Below are positions 30,136-39,707 of a stretch of 64,000 bases of DNA, one piece after another. The notes below the pieces were generated by a model. The model did no database searches. It was not told the origin of the DNA and saw nothing but the letters and a program-made list of their open reading frames with translations. The stretch lies in IMG/VR virus record IMGVR_UViG_3300020474_000993; one strand, written 5' to 3'. A program made the position numbers and the translations under genes. Source of the stretch: a virus. Position 1 is the stretch's first letter, and each line of letters begins with the position of its first letter.

Positions 30136-30439
30136 AGATGCTAAGAAATATTGGACAAGACTTTTAGATGAGAAACCTAGTGCAAAGTATGTACGACTTG
30201 GCGTCAAGGGTGGCGGTTGCGCCGGATTTAGTTACACATGGGATTATACTGATAATAGTGATCGTGGTGTATTAATAGAAGATATATTAGTTGTAGATGA
30301 CTACGCGGAAATGTTTTTGCATGGTAGTGAAATAGTATTTGAAAAAGACCTAGGCGGGTCTCACATTCAAGTAACCAATCCAAATGAAGTAAGTGCCTGT
30401 GGGTGCGGAGAAAGTATACAATTCGCATCGGCAGTATAG
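30116..30439 (+). CDS. iscA: A-type Fe-S carrier IscA/ErpA
   Basis: GGGCAGFSY, NPN...CGCGES. Confidence 0.92.
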   Translation: MQITLTEDAKKYWTRLLDEKPSAKYVRLGVKGGGCAGFSYTWDYTDNSDRGVLIEDILVVDDYAEMFLHGSEIVFEKDLGGSHIQVTNPNEVSACGCGESIQFASAV

Positions 30440-30445
30440 GAGTCG

Positions 30446-30583
30446 ATGATTAACGAGAACGAACTTGAACAATGGGTAAAAGACCATCCCATTCTAGCCA
30501 ATGCCGTACTACCATCATGTATAGTCTTAGGGGCGGTGACAATGCAGGCTGGTTTAATATTATTGATTGATTGGATAGTATAG
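30446..30583 (+). CDS. Small membrane protein, 45 aa
   Basis: AGGAG RBS; MINENELEQWVKDHPILANAVLPSCIVLGAVTMQAGLILLIDWIV. Confidence 0.55.
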   Translation: MINENELEQWVKDHPILANAVLPSCIVLGAVTMQAGLILLIDWIV

Positions 30584-30592
30584 GAGAGAAAC

Positions 30593-30958
30593 ATGGCAGA
30601 TGATTTTGATTTTGGATTTACCGCAGTAGATGACATACCAGCTGGAGAACGAGTTGAACAACCAGTACAAGCTGAAATCCCAACAGACCAGATAGATAAG
30701 ATAATGGATAAACTAGAACAACTAGAGTCTAGGATTCTTGCCTCTGATAATTCTGGTATGATAAACGAACACAGGGCATTACTGGAAAGTGATGTCGCTA
30801 CCAAACTACGCGATGCGGAAGATTTGATATTACCATTATTGAAGAATCTCAAACGCAATCCAGAAAAAGATTATATTCATTGGCCAAACAGGGATGTAAT
30901 CATAGACAAACAAATTGAAAGAATTACAGCAGTAACGAGATATTTCGAGAGAATTTAG
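30593..30958 (+). CDS. Conserved hypothetical protein
   Basis: DFDFGFTAV and PLLKNL..NPEKDYI.WPNR pattern of T4-like marine phages. Confidence 0.7.
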   Translation: MADDFDFGFTAVDDIPAGERVEQPVQAEIPTDQIDKIMDKLEQLESRILASDNSGMINEHRALLESDVATKLRDAEDLILPLLKNLKRNPEKDYIHWPNRDVIIDKQIERITAVTRYFERI

Positions 30959-30959
30959 T

Positions 30960-31655
30960 ATGACAAAGATTTTGGTCACTGGCGATAGTTTCGCTGCTGG
31001 CGAATGGTCTAGGGAAGATTACACACAAAAAGTTACTCATGGTGGATTAGCTGAATATCTATCACAAGATGGATATGATGTAAAACATTTACCATTTCCC
31101 GGCAATAGTAATTTTTTTATTATAAGTCAATTAACCAACACACCCACCGTTGATTTAATAATTTTCTTTTGGTCTGCCTCGATAAGAGACCTCAAACAAA
31201 GAACTGGTACTGAAAAGAACTCAGACACAAAGATTAATAAAAATCAACTTTTAAATTTTAGAGATTTATTTCATCATCAATCTTTTAAAGATTTGAACAG
31301 ACTTTGTGAGTTGAAAAGAACACCTTGTATTCTGATTGGTGGTGTAGAAGATTTGCCGAGTTGGTTTGTTAAGACTGATTGGATTAATCCCCTAGTCCCA
31401 AGTTTCATGGATATTGCTTATCCAGACTCACCCATAAAACCAATGTTAAGGGATTGGGTTGGTAGTATGGGTGGGTCAGCCTTTGATATATTTGATGAAG
31501 ACCTATATAATGATATTGAGATATCCCAAGATTATTGGGAAGGGATGGTGAAACACCAACCCGATACCCATGACCCCCATCCAAATAGATGGGCTCACAA
31601 AAAACTATATGAATATATACAGGGAGAGGTTAAGAAATATGGGCAAATTCTATAG
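30960..31655 (+). CDS. SGNH/GDSL hydrolase-like protein
   Basis: GDSF, G.SN, D.HPN..AH. Confidence 0.65.
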   Translation: MTKILVTGDSFAAGEWSREDYTQKVTHGGLAEYLSQDGYDVKHLPFPGNSNFFIISQLTNTPTVDLIIFFWSASIRDLKQRTGTEKNSDTKINKNQLLNFRDLFHHQSFKDLNRLCELKRTPCILIGGVEDLPSWFVKTDWINPLVPSFMDIAYPDSPIKPMLRDWVGSMGGSAFDIFDEDLYNDIEISQDYWEGMVKHQPDTHDPHPNRWAHKKLYEYIQGEVKKYGQIL

Positions 31656-31818
31656 GAGAAAGACATTGAAAACTGGAGAAACAATGGAGGATTTACTAAC
31701 CCAAACTGAACATCAAAAACAGAAGATTGGATTCCAAAAGAAATCCCTAGATGACCAGCAAAAAGCGATACAAGAACAGCAAAAAGCGATAGAAAAATTG
31801 ATTTCAGACCAAAAATAA
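31639..31818 (+). CDS. Small coiled-coil protein
   Basis: GAGG RBS; QQKAI repeats. Confidence 0.5.
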   Translation: MGKFYRRKTLKTGETMEDLLTQTEHQKQKIGFQKKSLDDQQKAIQEQQKAIEKLISDQK

Positions 31819-31844
31819 TTGAAGTTTTTTTCTTTTTCTCATTA

Positions 31845-31902
31845 AATCAATGGCTTACGATGGCAGAAAAGTGTTGACTTCTGCTATGAATTGTGCGATC
31901 AT
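31845..31902 (+). promoter_or_regulatory. Early promoter TTGACT-17-(TGc)GATCAT with an upstream IHF-like site AATCAATGGCTTA
   Basis: Same architecture as the promoters at 34410 and 51535. Confidence 0.7.
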
Positions 31903-31930
31903 ATACTTGTAATTGAGATTGAGAGAGAGT

Positions 31931-34360
31931 ATGGACATATCAGATAAATCACTACTTGCGAAACTCCTCGCCACTGAGGATGTTTCGATTGAACATAGGA
32001 ATGTACCTACCGCGTACTTCGATTTGAAGTCTAGGAAGATTGTACTTCCCAATTGGAAGGACATGCCTGATTTCTTGTATGATTTATTGATTGGTCATGA
32101 AGTTGGTCACGCTCTCGTAACTCCCGCTGAAGGTTGGCACTCTGCCTCTTCTAGTAAGGGTGCAAATTTCAAATCATTCTTGAATGTCGTAGAAGATGTT
32201 AGGAATGAGAGACTAGTTAAAATCAGATATCCAGGCTTGGTCAAGTCATTCTATAAGGGATATCAAATGCTTTACAAGAAAGACTTTTTCGGTCTTTCAA
32301 AATTACAAAAGACTCCCCAAGAATTACCACTAATTGATAGAATCAATCTTCACGCTAAGGTTGGTGCTTTCCTTACTCTACAATTCACTGCTGAGGAACA
32401 GGTCATACTTGACAAGTGTTTCGCTGCTGAGACTTGGGATGAGGTTGTCGCCATCGCTGAGGAATTATATGATTTCTCTAAGAATGAAGATGCGATGCAA
32501 GATCTTTTAGAAGAACAAGGCATGGGTATGCCTCAGTTTGGTGAAGATGAAGATGACTTTGACCAAGATGAAAATGGTGAATGGTCAGAGTCACCATATG
32601 GTGAAGAGGAGTCTGAAGAGGGCGACTCTGAGTCTGGTGAAGGTGAAGAGACTGAATCTGTAGAAGGTGAAGAAGGTGACGCTCAGTCTGGTGAAGGTGA
32701 AGAGACTGAAGAAGAAACTGAAGAGACTACTGCTTCTACTGAAGAAGATAAAAATACTGAAGACGCTGCTGAGTCTGGTGATAGACCAGAAGATGGCGAT
32801 ATCATGGAAGGTTCTGAAAATTCTGAGGGGTATAACCCCCATGATTTCGATGACGCGGAACCTAAGTCATTTACCGATGAGGCTTTTAGAGAGAATGAGG
32901 GCAACCTAGTAGAATCTGGCAAGACCAATGGTGTTGTTACTGCTACCATGCCTAAGTTCAAGTCTAAGTACTTTGTTTTCCCAACTACCGATGTTTGGCC
33001 TACTAAAGATTTTGAGTATGTTTGCGGTGGAAGGTATGATAACATTGCTGCTGGTTCTGCTCAAGATGTAGAGAAAGATTTACTTGACGAATTCATGAAA
33101 AGAAACAAGGCGTCAATTAATCAACTAGTTATGCAGTTTGAGATGAAGAAAAAAGCCACCCTACTAAGGAAGGCCAAAATCAATAAAACTGGTAAGTTGA
33201 ATGAAGATAAGTTGTGGGCATACAAGTTGACTGAAGACTTGTTCCTATCAAGTACTACTGTGCCAGATGGTCAGAACCATGGCATGATGATGTTTGTAGA
33301 CTTCTCTGGTTCAATGGGTAGACACATGGCTGGTACTATTGAACAGACACTAATTCAAGTTGCCTTCTGTAAAAAAGTTGGTATCCCATTTGATGTGTAC
33401 GGTTTTTCAAACTGTGCTAACTCTCTCCAAGGTGAGAAGTTCGGAAATGCTTCTAGGGGTTCTGCTTTCCAATCTTGTGAAGAGGGTGAGTTGTTTATTG
33501 AGTCTGGTGGGTTCGCTCTGCTTCAGTTGATATCTTCTGAATTGCCTCAGAGTGAGTACAATAGATGTTTCAAAAAGTTACTTGGTTACAAAACTTCATT
33601 TGAGTGGAGAGATATGAAACCAAGAATGGAAAGATACGATGTACCTTACCATCTTTATCTTGGTTCTACTCCGCTGTCAAGTTGTATGATAGTTGGTGCT
33701 AAGATTGCTAAGAAGTTCAAGGAAAGAAATAGAATTGAGGTTATGAACACAATCGTTCTTTCCGATGGTGGAAACACTTCTGATTTAGAAGTAATCTCGG
33801 ATGGTGAGTATGAAGAGAATGGTAGGTTCAGATATTCAAATGCCATTCAAAAAGAGTTTGGTCATGGATACGGCGAAGAAAGAACTGACATTGGTAAATT
33901 CCAATTGAGAGGCAACGGTCTGTCAGTTACCACTAACATCAAAGGGATGTATGGAACAAACTACGGTAGGGTCAGTTATGAAAGTGCTACTGCTGTTACT
34001 TTTGACTACTACAAAAAGTTTGTCGGTTCCAGAATAGTTCACTTCTTCTTAGTTGATAACAACATTAGAGAAGCGAGACAGGCGTGGACTGATATGACAG
34101 GTGAGTATGCCGAGTATGATGAAAACTTTGCTAAAGAAAAGGCAACTAACTGGAAAAACAATAACTTCATGTCTTGCCAGTCTAAGTTGGGAAGTGATGC
34201 TACCTTCATTCTGAAGGGTGCTAAGTCTCTTAATGAAGAGGCAGAGTTTGAAGTCAGTTCTGATAGTAAGGCTGACATTTTGAGAGGGTTCAAGAAATTC
34301 CAGAAAGGCAAGTCCAATTCCAGACAGTTCTTGAACAGATTTATTGATGAGGTCGCGTAA
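31931..34360 (+). CDS. CobT-like protein: HExxH peptidase-like domain, acidic linker, VWA domain
   Basis: HEVGH, DFSGSM MIDAS, LSDG; paired with the CobS-like ATPase. Confidence 0.85.
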   Translation: MDISDKSLLAKLLATEDVSIEHRNVPTAYFDLKSRKIVLPNWKDMPDFLYDLLIGHEVGHALVTPAEGWHSASSSKGANFKSFLNVVEDVRNERLVKIRYPGLVKSFYKGYQMLYKKDFFGLSKLQKTPQELPLIDRINLHAKVGAFLTLQFTAEEQVILDKCFAAETWDEVVAIAEELYDFSKNEDAMQDLLEEQGMGMPQFGEDEDDFDQDENGEWSESPYGEEESEEGDSESGEGEETESVEGEEGDAQSGEGEETEEETEETTASTEEDKNTEDAAESGDRPEDGDIMEGSENSEGYNPHDFDDAEPKSFTDEAFRENEGNLVESGKTNGVVTATMPKFKSKYFVFPTTDVWPTKDFEYVCGGRYDNIAAGSAQDVEKDLLDEFMKRNKASINQLVMQFEMKKKATLLRKAKINKTGKLNEDKLWAYKLTEDLFLSSTTVPDGQNHGMMMFVDFSGSMGRHMAGTIEQTLIQVAFCKKVGIPFDVYGFSNCANSLQGEKFGNASRGSAFQSCEEGELFIESGGFALLQLISSELPQSEYNRCFKKLLGYKTSFEWRDMKPRMERYDVPYHLYLGSTPLSSCMIVGAKIAKKFKERNRIEVMNTIVLSDGGNTSDLEVISDGEYEENGRFRYSNAIQKEFGHGYGEERTDIGKFQLRGNGLSVTTNIKGMYGTNYGRVSYESATAVTFDYYKKFVGSRIVHFFLVDNNIREARQAWTDMTGEYAEYDENFAKEKATNWKNNNFMSCQSKLGSDATFILKGAKSLNEEAEFEVSSDSKADILRGFKKFQKGKSNSRQFLNRFIDEVA
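32631..32710 (+). repeat. 26-bp direct repeat (32631-32656, 32685-32710) in the acidic linker
   Basis: AGTCTGGTGAAGGTGAAGAGACTGAA twice, 54 nt apart. Confidence 0.85.
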
Positions 34361-34442
34361 GTGGTTGAATTTAAAGGGAAAGAAAATGAAAATAATTTCG
34401 TTTTGGCCCTTGACATTTGCTCCCAAATATGGGATCATGATC
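34358..34442 (+). promoter_or_regulatory. Early promoter TTGACA-17-(TGg)GATCATGATC with an upstream IHF-like site
   Basis: Near-identical to 51483-51567. Confidence 0.75.
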
Positions 34443-34472
34443 AGGTAATTGAGAAAAAGTGAGAGGTAAATT

Positions 34473-35711
34473 ATGAGTGTAAAACAAAAAGAACAGTTCC
34501 TTCAGGCCCTTGCCGATGCGAACAATTCCGCGTCTGCCGTGTTCTCCAAAGCGGAGGCAATGCAGATTGCAAAATCAAGTGGGTTGAAAAATCCCATGTG
34601 GTTTTTTAAAGAGTGTAAAGTTGGTAGAAACCAATTTTCGCCAAACATGGCAACTCTAATGACAGTGGGTAATACTGCTCTCAAACCTGTCGCTGCTGAG
34701 GCGACTGCCCTTGAAGAGTCAGTATCTACCCTAGAACCGATTGAGACAATTCAATCGCAGCCATTAGATTCCAAGATTGTAAAACAGGCAAAACTTGCGG
34801 TGGAAATAGATAACTTAGTTCCAGATTCAGATAGTACTTATGTCCCATTTGGGTTTCATAAAGATTTGGTGAACATCATCAAGTCTGGTATGTTCTATCC
34901 TACATTTATTTGTGGTCTATCTGGTAACGGTAAGACTATGATGGTGGAACAAGTTTGTGCCAAACTCAAGAAAGAAGCTATTAGGGTTAACATCTCTATC
35001 GAAACCGATGAAGATGATTTAATCGGTGGCAATACTCTTGTCGATGGTAATGTTGTTTACAGGGAAGGCCCTGTTCTGACTGCCATGAAGAGGGGTGCGA
35101 TTCTTATCCTAGATGAGATTGATAGGGGTTCTAACAAGTTGATGTGCCTTCAGGCAATCCTTGAAGGGAAACCTTACTTCAATAAAAAGTCTGGTGAGGT
35201 CATCACGCCTGCTACTGGTTTCAATGTGATTGCTACTGCGAACACTAAGGGTCAAGGTTCCGATGACGGTAAGTTCATGGGTGCTCAAGTTCTTGATGAG
35301 GCGTTCCTAGAAAGGTTTGCTATCACGGTTGAACAAGAATATCCATCTAGTGTTCAAGAGAAAAAAATCATTATGAACAAGATGGGTGTCGCTGAGTGTG
35401 TCGATGAAGACTTCGCTGACAAGTTGGTCATGTGGGCTGACATAATCAGAAAGACTTTCTATGAAGGTGGAATCGATGAGTTGGTTTCTACCAGAAGATT
35501 GGAACACATTGTCAAGGCATATGCCATGTTCTCTGATAGACTCAAGGCAATTCAGTTGTGTGTCAATAGGTTTGATACCGACACCAAGACTGCCTTCATT
35601 GACCTTTACACTAAGGTTGATGCTGGTGCCTCTGTTGAAGAGTTGATGGACACTCCTACCGATGGTTCTACTGAAGAAACTTCTGAGGGGAATGACACTT
35701 ATGACTTCTAG
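34473..35711 (+). CDS. CobS-like MoxR-type AAA+ ATPase
   Basis: GLSGNGKT, ILDEID, TANTKG, FLERF, STRRL. Confidence 0.9.
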   Translation: MSVKQKEQFLQALADANNSASAVFSKAEAMQIAKSSGLKNPMWFFKECKVGRNQFSPNMATLMTVGNTALKPVAAEATALEESVSTLEPIETIQSQPLDSKIVKQAKLAVEIDNLVPDSDSTYVPFGFHKDLVNIIKSGMFYPTFICGLSGNGKTMMVEQVCAKLKKEAIRVNISIETDEDDLIGGNTLVDGNVVYREGPVLTAMKRGAILILDEIDRGSNKLMCLQAILEGKPYFNKKSGEVITPATGFNVIATANTKGQGSDDGKFMGAQVLDEAFLERFAITVEQEYPSSVQEKKIIMNKMGVAECVDEDFADKLVMWADIIRKTFYEGGIDELVSTRRLEHIVKAYAMFSDRLKAIQLCVNRFDTDTKTAFIDLYTKVDAGASVEELMDTPTDGSTEETSEGNDTYDF

Positions 35712-35979
35712 TCCAGACTATAAGTATAATGAAGGAGCTCTTATCAAAGAGCTCCAATCTTATATTGATAACACTTATGGTGAACATTATTCACAAAACA
35801 GTTTTCAGGCAACCGAGTTTATTATTGATGGTGGCCATGGTGAAGGGTTTTGTATCGGTAATATTTTGAAGTATGCTCAGAGATATGGCAAGAAAGACGG
35901 TTATAACCGCAAAGATTTAATGAAAGTATTGCACTATGCAATCATCGCCCTCCATGTACACGATTTGGAGCACGATTAA
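35701..35979 (+). CDS. DUF3310-like conserved protein
   Basis: HYS...GFCIGNILKYAQRYGKKDG..RKDL.K..HY. Confidence 0.75.
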   Translation: MTSSPDYKYNEGALIKELQSYIDNTYGEHYSQNSFQATEFIIDGGHGEGFCIGNILKYAQRYGKKDGYNRKDLMKVLHYAIIALHVHDLEHD

Positions 35980-35985
35980 CCAGTT

Positions 35986-36057
35986 TGCCCCCAGCGGGCA
36001 GTCGGGGCTTGATACGCCTCTCTCTTACTCTCTCACAAGAAGTATCAAGTTCCCGAC
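35986..36057 (+). ncRNA. Candidate structured RNA: small GC hairpin plus long stem with a CU-rich loop
   Basis: TGCCC/GGGCA; GTCGGG.CTTGATAC / GTATCAAG..CCCGAC enclosing GCCTCTCTCTTACTCTCTCACAAGAA. Confidence 0.55.
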
Positions 36058-36065
36058 AACTTTAT

Positions 36066-36073
36066 TATAAATA
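36066..36073 (+). promoter_or_regulatory. Late promoter TATAAATA
   Basis: Consensus upstream of 36106. Confidence 0.75.
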
Positions 36074-36105
36074 AGAGAGTAAGAAATAAATTAGAGGAAT
36101 GAACA

Positions 36106-36465
36106 ATGGCATATAGATTAACTTACACTAGTACTCGACCAGACACATCGGCAGATTGGTATTTCTTTTATGAAACCGCTGATGCTGGATTTGAGACTAA
36201 TGCGACACATTTTAGAAACTGGCTTGACGCGAGAAGTGATGTAACTGTTACTTTGACTGTGGCAGAAGATAATCTTTCTTTTAAATGGGAATTAGATTTT
36301 GCTGATGAAGCAGCTTACGATGCATTTGTAGTTGATAGGACTGCCCTGTTTGCAGCTGCTCCTTACAATGGCACTGCCCATTTACAGGAAACAGCTTACT
36401 TGGATTACTTATCTGCTAACAGTATGACTGGCGCTGAGACTCCAGCAGGCGGAGCAGAAGTCTAA
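36106..36465 (+). CDS. Late-expressed acidic hypothetical protein
   Basis: GAGGA RBS, late promoter. Confidence 0.65.
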   Translation: MAYRLTYTSTRPDTSADWYFFYETADAGFETNATHFRNWLDARSDVTVTLTVAEDNLSFKWELDFADEAAYDAFVVDRTALFAAAPYNGTAHLQETAYLDYLSANSMTGAETPAGGAEV

Positions 36466-36479
36466 AGTAAAATAAGGGG

Positions 36480-36509
36480 TTGACATTTGCCCCTAACAAA
36501 TGTTATTAT
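36480..36509 (+). promoter_or_regulatory. sigma70 promoter for gp45 (TTGACA-18-TATTAT, extended TG)
   Basis: Consensus-like. Confidence 0.65.
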
Positions 36510-36537
36510 ATGATGTTTAATTTGATTGAGGTATATT

Positions 36538-37188
36538 ATGAAACTATCTAAAACAACTTTGGAGTTGTTGAAAAACTACGCCACCATTAACACAAATCTT
36601 TTGGTTAAGGAAGGTAGTAGTTTGTCAACCGTGTCCGCTTCTAAGTCAATTCTTGCAAAGGGCACAATCGAAGAGAGCTTCCCACAGGAGTTCGCAATCT
36701 ATGATTTGAATCAATTCTTATCTCTGGTCACCATGAGTGATGATACTGAGATAGAATTTTCAGATGAATATCTAACCTGTAAGTCTGGGGCTGGTAGATT
36801 TAAATTCTACTATGCAGAACCATCTATTATTGTGGCCGCACCAGACAAAGAAATTGAACTTGATAATTTCTATCAGTTCAACATCACCAAAGAACAACTC
36901 AATACTATCTATAGGGCAGCAAGTGTAATCTCTGCACCTACTCTTAGTGTTGTTTCTAATACTGGTGGTGTAACAATGAGTGTTGGTGACCCGAATACTC
37001 CTAAGAGTAATTCATTCACCACAGACATTGGTCAGGCGAATGTACAATTCGATGCTAGACTTAGTATAGAGAATCTAAAAGTAATCGCAGATGATTATGA
37101 GGTTACTGTTAGTCAGAAGAAAGCTTTTAAGTTTTCAAATTCAAAAAGAACTTACTTTTTGGCACTAGAACCGAGTTCAAATATTTAA
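36538..37188 (+). CDS. gp45: Sliding clamp gp45
   Basis: MKLSK.TLELLKNYATIN, FAIYDLNQFLS, YFLALE. Confidence 0.93.
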   Translation: MKLSKTTLELLKNYATINTNLLVKEGSSLSTVSASKSILAKGTIEESFPQEFAIYDLNQFLSLVTMSDDTEIEFSDEYLTCKSGAGRFKFYYAEPSIIVAAPDKEIELDNFYQFNITKEQLNTIYRAASVISAPTLSVVSNTGGVTMSVGDPNTPKSNSFTTDIGQANVQFDARLSIENLKVIADDYEVTVSQKKAFKFSNSKRTYFLALEPSSNI

Positions 37189-37358
37189 TGGCTTGGGTTG
37201 AAGGAATGATTGCCGTTTATGGAATGATATTATCTTTCATGGCGGGATGGTTAATGCCGAGAGGTAATTTTATTAGAAAATTTCAGTTGTGGTTAACCAA
37301 AAGAATATACAATTGGTTGGCTCATGAAAAAGAAAAGATTAAGGAGAAAAGTAAATGA
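37188..37358 (+). CDS. Small membrane protein, 56 aa (MAWVEGMIAVYGMILSFMAGWLMPRG...)
   Basis: TAATG and ATGA coupling on both sides. Confidence 0.6.
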   Translation: MAWVEGMIAVYGMILSFMAGWLMPRGNFIRKFQLWLTKRIYNWLAHEKEKIKEKSK

Positions 37359-37969
37359 AGATTGAAGTTGGTCAAAAGTTACCAGAAGACATCACTTTCC
37401 ACATGAGGGTAAGGGATGAAAAAATGGTAGAGGCTGGTGATGAAAATCCATATCAGTGGCAACTAGTTAACTCAAGTGACTTGTTCAAGGACAAGAGGGT
37501 TGTACTGTTTGCTTTGCCTGGCGCATTTACTCCAACATGTTCAACATATCAATTACCAGATTATGATAACAACTATGAGTTGTTCAAAAGAAATGGTATT
37601 GATGAAGTATACTGCCTGTCTGTTAATGATAGTTTTGTTATGAACAAATGGGGTGATTGGTTAGACATTGATAATGTAAAACTAATTCCAGATGGAAGTG
37701 GTTTCTTTACAGAAGCTATTGGTGCTTTGGTGAAGAAAGACAACTTAGGATTTGGGCCAAGGTCTTGGAGATATTCAGTCCTTGTCAATGATGGGGTTGT
37801 GGAAGTAGCATTTGTCGAGGAAGGATGTGAAGACGATTGTCCTGCTGACCCATATGAAGTATCTGACCCACTGACCATGATGAATTACATTCAAACTGAA
37901 AGTCCTGTAGGACAACAATATGAGTTAAATCTTCAAGATGGTGCTGGAACAGACGAAACATTTGCATAA
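37355..37969 (+). CDS. Peroxiredoxin (Prx5/type II)
   Basis: LPGAFTPTCS, SVNDSFVM, RSWRYS. Confidence 0.93.
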   Translation: MKIEVGQKLPEDITFHMRVRDEKMVEAGDENPYQWQLVNSSDLFKDKRVVLFALPGAFTPTCSTYQLPDYDNNYELFKRNGIDEVYCLSVNDSFVMNKWGDWLDIDNVKLIPDGSGFFTEAIGALVKKDNLGFGPRSWRYSVLVNDGVVEVAFVEEGCEDDCPADPYEVSDPLTMMNYIQTESPVGQQYELNLQDGAGTDETFA

Positions 37970-38753
37970 AGTTGATTATGATTTAAAACCTTTATCGAAG
38001 GAACTCGCAATCGATTTTATACAGACGCATCATTATTCACCGATGATGCCTAAACTAACAAAGCATTATCTAGGATGTTTTCTCAATGGTGAATTAGTAG
38101 GTGTATTGACTCTAGGCTGGGGAACTCAACCTAGACAGACAATCAATAAAATGTTTACTGGTCTGGAGTCAAAAGATTATTGGGAGATTGGTAAGATGTG
38201 CATGACAGATGAAATGCCAACCAACTCCGAATCACAAATGATATCTCAATCAATAAAATGGATAAAGGAAAATACACCAGAGGTATCGTTCCTTTATACA
38301 ATGGCAGATGGTATCATGGGTAAATGTGGATATGTATATCAGGCAAGTAATTTTCTTTATGGTGGACAATACTTCACTCAAGTATATGAGATAAATGGAG
38401 AGAAGGTTCATCCGAGAGCTACAAGAAAATTATGCGAAGAGAACGCAAGGTTCTCTGGCAAAGACAGGATTTTTTGGTTGACTTCAGACTTTATGAAAGA
38501 GAAGGGAATCAAAAAAATAGAGGGATATATGTTTAGATATATCTTTCCGCTGAATAAGAAGGCAAAAAAATTATTAAAAAAATCAAATATGGAATGGACT
38601 AGGGTATACCCCAAAGACCACAATCTAAAATGGTTTGACAAAACATCCAATCCGAAGTTTGAAATTGAACAACCCCACTTCACATATGAAGAAGTTCTAC
38701 ACAACGCGAGAAACATATCTGGTGGTGGGGCATCTTTAAGAGGTATATTATGA
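37938..38753 (+). CDS. Mom-like DNA adenine-modification enzyme (GNAT fold)
   Basis: HHYS, NSES..IS, TMADG...GYVYQASNFLY.G. Confidence 0.75.
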   Translation: MVLEQTKHLHKVDYDLKPLSKELAIDFIQTHHYSPMMPKLTKHYLGCFLNGELVGVLTLGWGTQPRQTINKMFTGLESKDYWEIGKMCMTDEMPTNSESQMISQSIKWIKENTPEVSFLYTMADGIMGKCGYVYQASNFLYGGQYFTQVYEINGEKVHPRATRKLCEENARFSGKDRIFWLTSDFMKEKGIKKIEGYMFRYIFPLNKKAKKLLKKSNMEWTRVYPKDHNLKWFDKTSNPKFEIEQPHFTYEEVLHNARNISGGGASLRGIL

Positions 38754-39517
38754 GCAAAATTGTTTTAGTATCTGGTGGATTTGACCCACTACATAAGGGA
38801 CACCTTGACCTATTGAAAGAAGCTAAGAAGATGGGTGACCATCTATCGGTAGGTCTCAATAGCGATGCGTGGTTAACTAGAAAGAAGGGGTCACCGTTCA
38901 TGTCACAATGGGACAGAATGGATATGTTGATGGAATTAGAATGTGTTGACCATGTAGTTCCTTTCAATGATGATGACGATACTGCCAAAGACTTTATAGA
39001 AAAAGCATTAGGCACATGGGGAATAGACCACAAGTTTTTATTTGTGAATGGTGGTGACAGGACAGAAGATAATATTCCAGAGATGGAACTGCGAGAAAAG
39101 TTTTCTCATGCTCATTTAGAATTTGTTTTTGGTGTTGGTGGAGATAAAACTTATTCTAGTAGTTTGGTAAACAATGTAGAAAGAGCTTGGGGTGACTATA
39201 AAGTTATTCACGAGGAACAAACTGCTAAGGTAAAAATATTGAATATTGATATTGGTAAAAGTATTAGTTACCAAAGACATTTTTATCGTGGAGAAATCTG
39301 GCATATCGTAAATGGTATGGCAATGATTAAAACCAGCAAAGGTAGGTTAGAGAATTATACATACGACTACTTGACTTCTGGTCAACACTTTAGTATAATA
39401 CCCTACGAATGGCATCAAGTGACAAATGTGGGTAATGAACCCCTAAAGATAATTGAAATTCAACATGGTTCTTATGTCGAAGAAGATGATATTGAACGCG
39501 AGGAGATAGTTCATTGA
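38750..39517 (+). CDS. Cytidylyl/adenylyltransferase (RfaE-like) fused to a mannose-6-P isomerase-type cupin
   Basis: GGFDPLHKGH, NGGDR; R.WG.Y, SYQRH..R.E.W, IIEIQ.G...EDDI.R. Confidence 0.85.
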   Translation: MSKIVLVSGGFDPLHKGHLDLLKEAKKMGDHLSVGLNSDAWLTRKKGSPFMSQWDRMDMLMELECVDHVVPFNDDDDTAKDFIEKALGTWGIDHKFLFVNGGDRTEDNIPEMELREKFSHAHLEFVFGVGGDKTYSSSLVNNVERAWGDYKVIHEEQTAKVKILNIDIGKSISYQRHFYRGEIWHIVNGMAMIKTSKGRLENYTYDYLTSGQHFSIIPYEWHQVTNVGNEPLKIIEIQHGSYVEEDDIEREEIVH

Positions 39518-39705
39518 AGAAGAAAGGTATTAAGGAAAGACGAATAGTCGCCTTAAAAAATTTGGAGAAGTCAAAGTTTACCCCAAAACAGGTAAAGTCT
39601 GGCAAGTTTGTAAAAGGTAAGCCTGAGATGGTAGACCGTTCTGAAGACAACTGGAACATCAAAAAAGATTACCAGATTGAGGTGCTTAAGAAAAGAGTAC
39701 AGTAA
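39514..39705 (+). CDS. Small basic hypothetical protein
   Basis: Coupled start and stop; Lys-rich. Confidence 0.55.
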   Translation: MKKKGIKERRIVALKNLEKSKFTPKQVKSGKFVKGKPEMVDRSEDNWNIKKDYQIEVLKKRVQ

Positions 39706-39707
39706 TC

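Noticed and set aside
32631-32710. Direct repeat as CRISPR or att site
   Set aside because: Only two copies, in frame, encoding a low-complexity acidic linker; no cas genes or integrase
31931-35711. cobT/cobS as cobalamin biosynthesis genes
   Set aside because: A MoxR AAA+/VWA pair is common in T4-like phages; no other B12 genes are present
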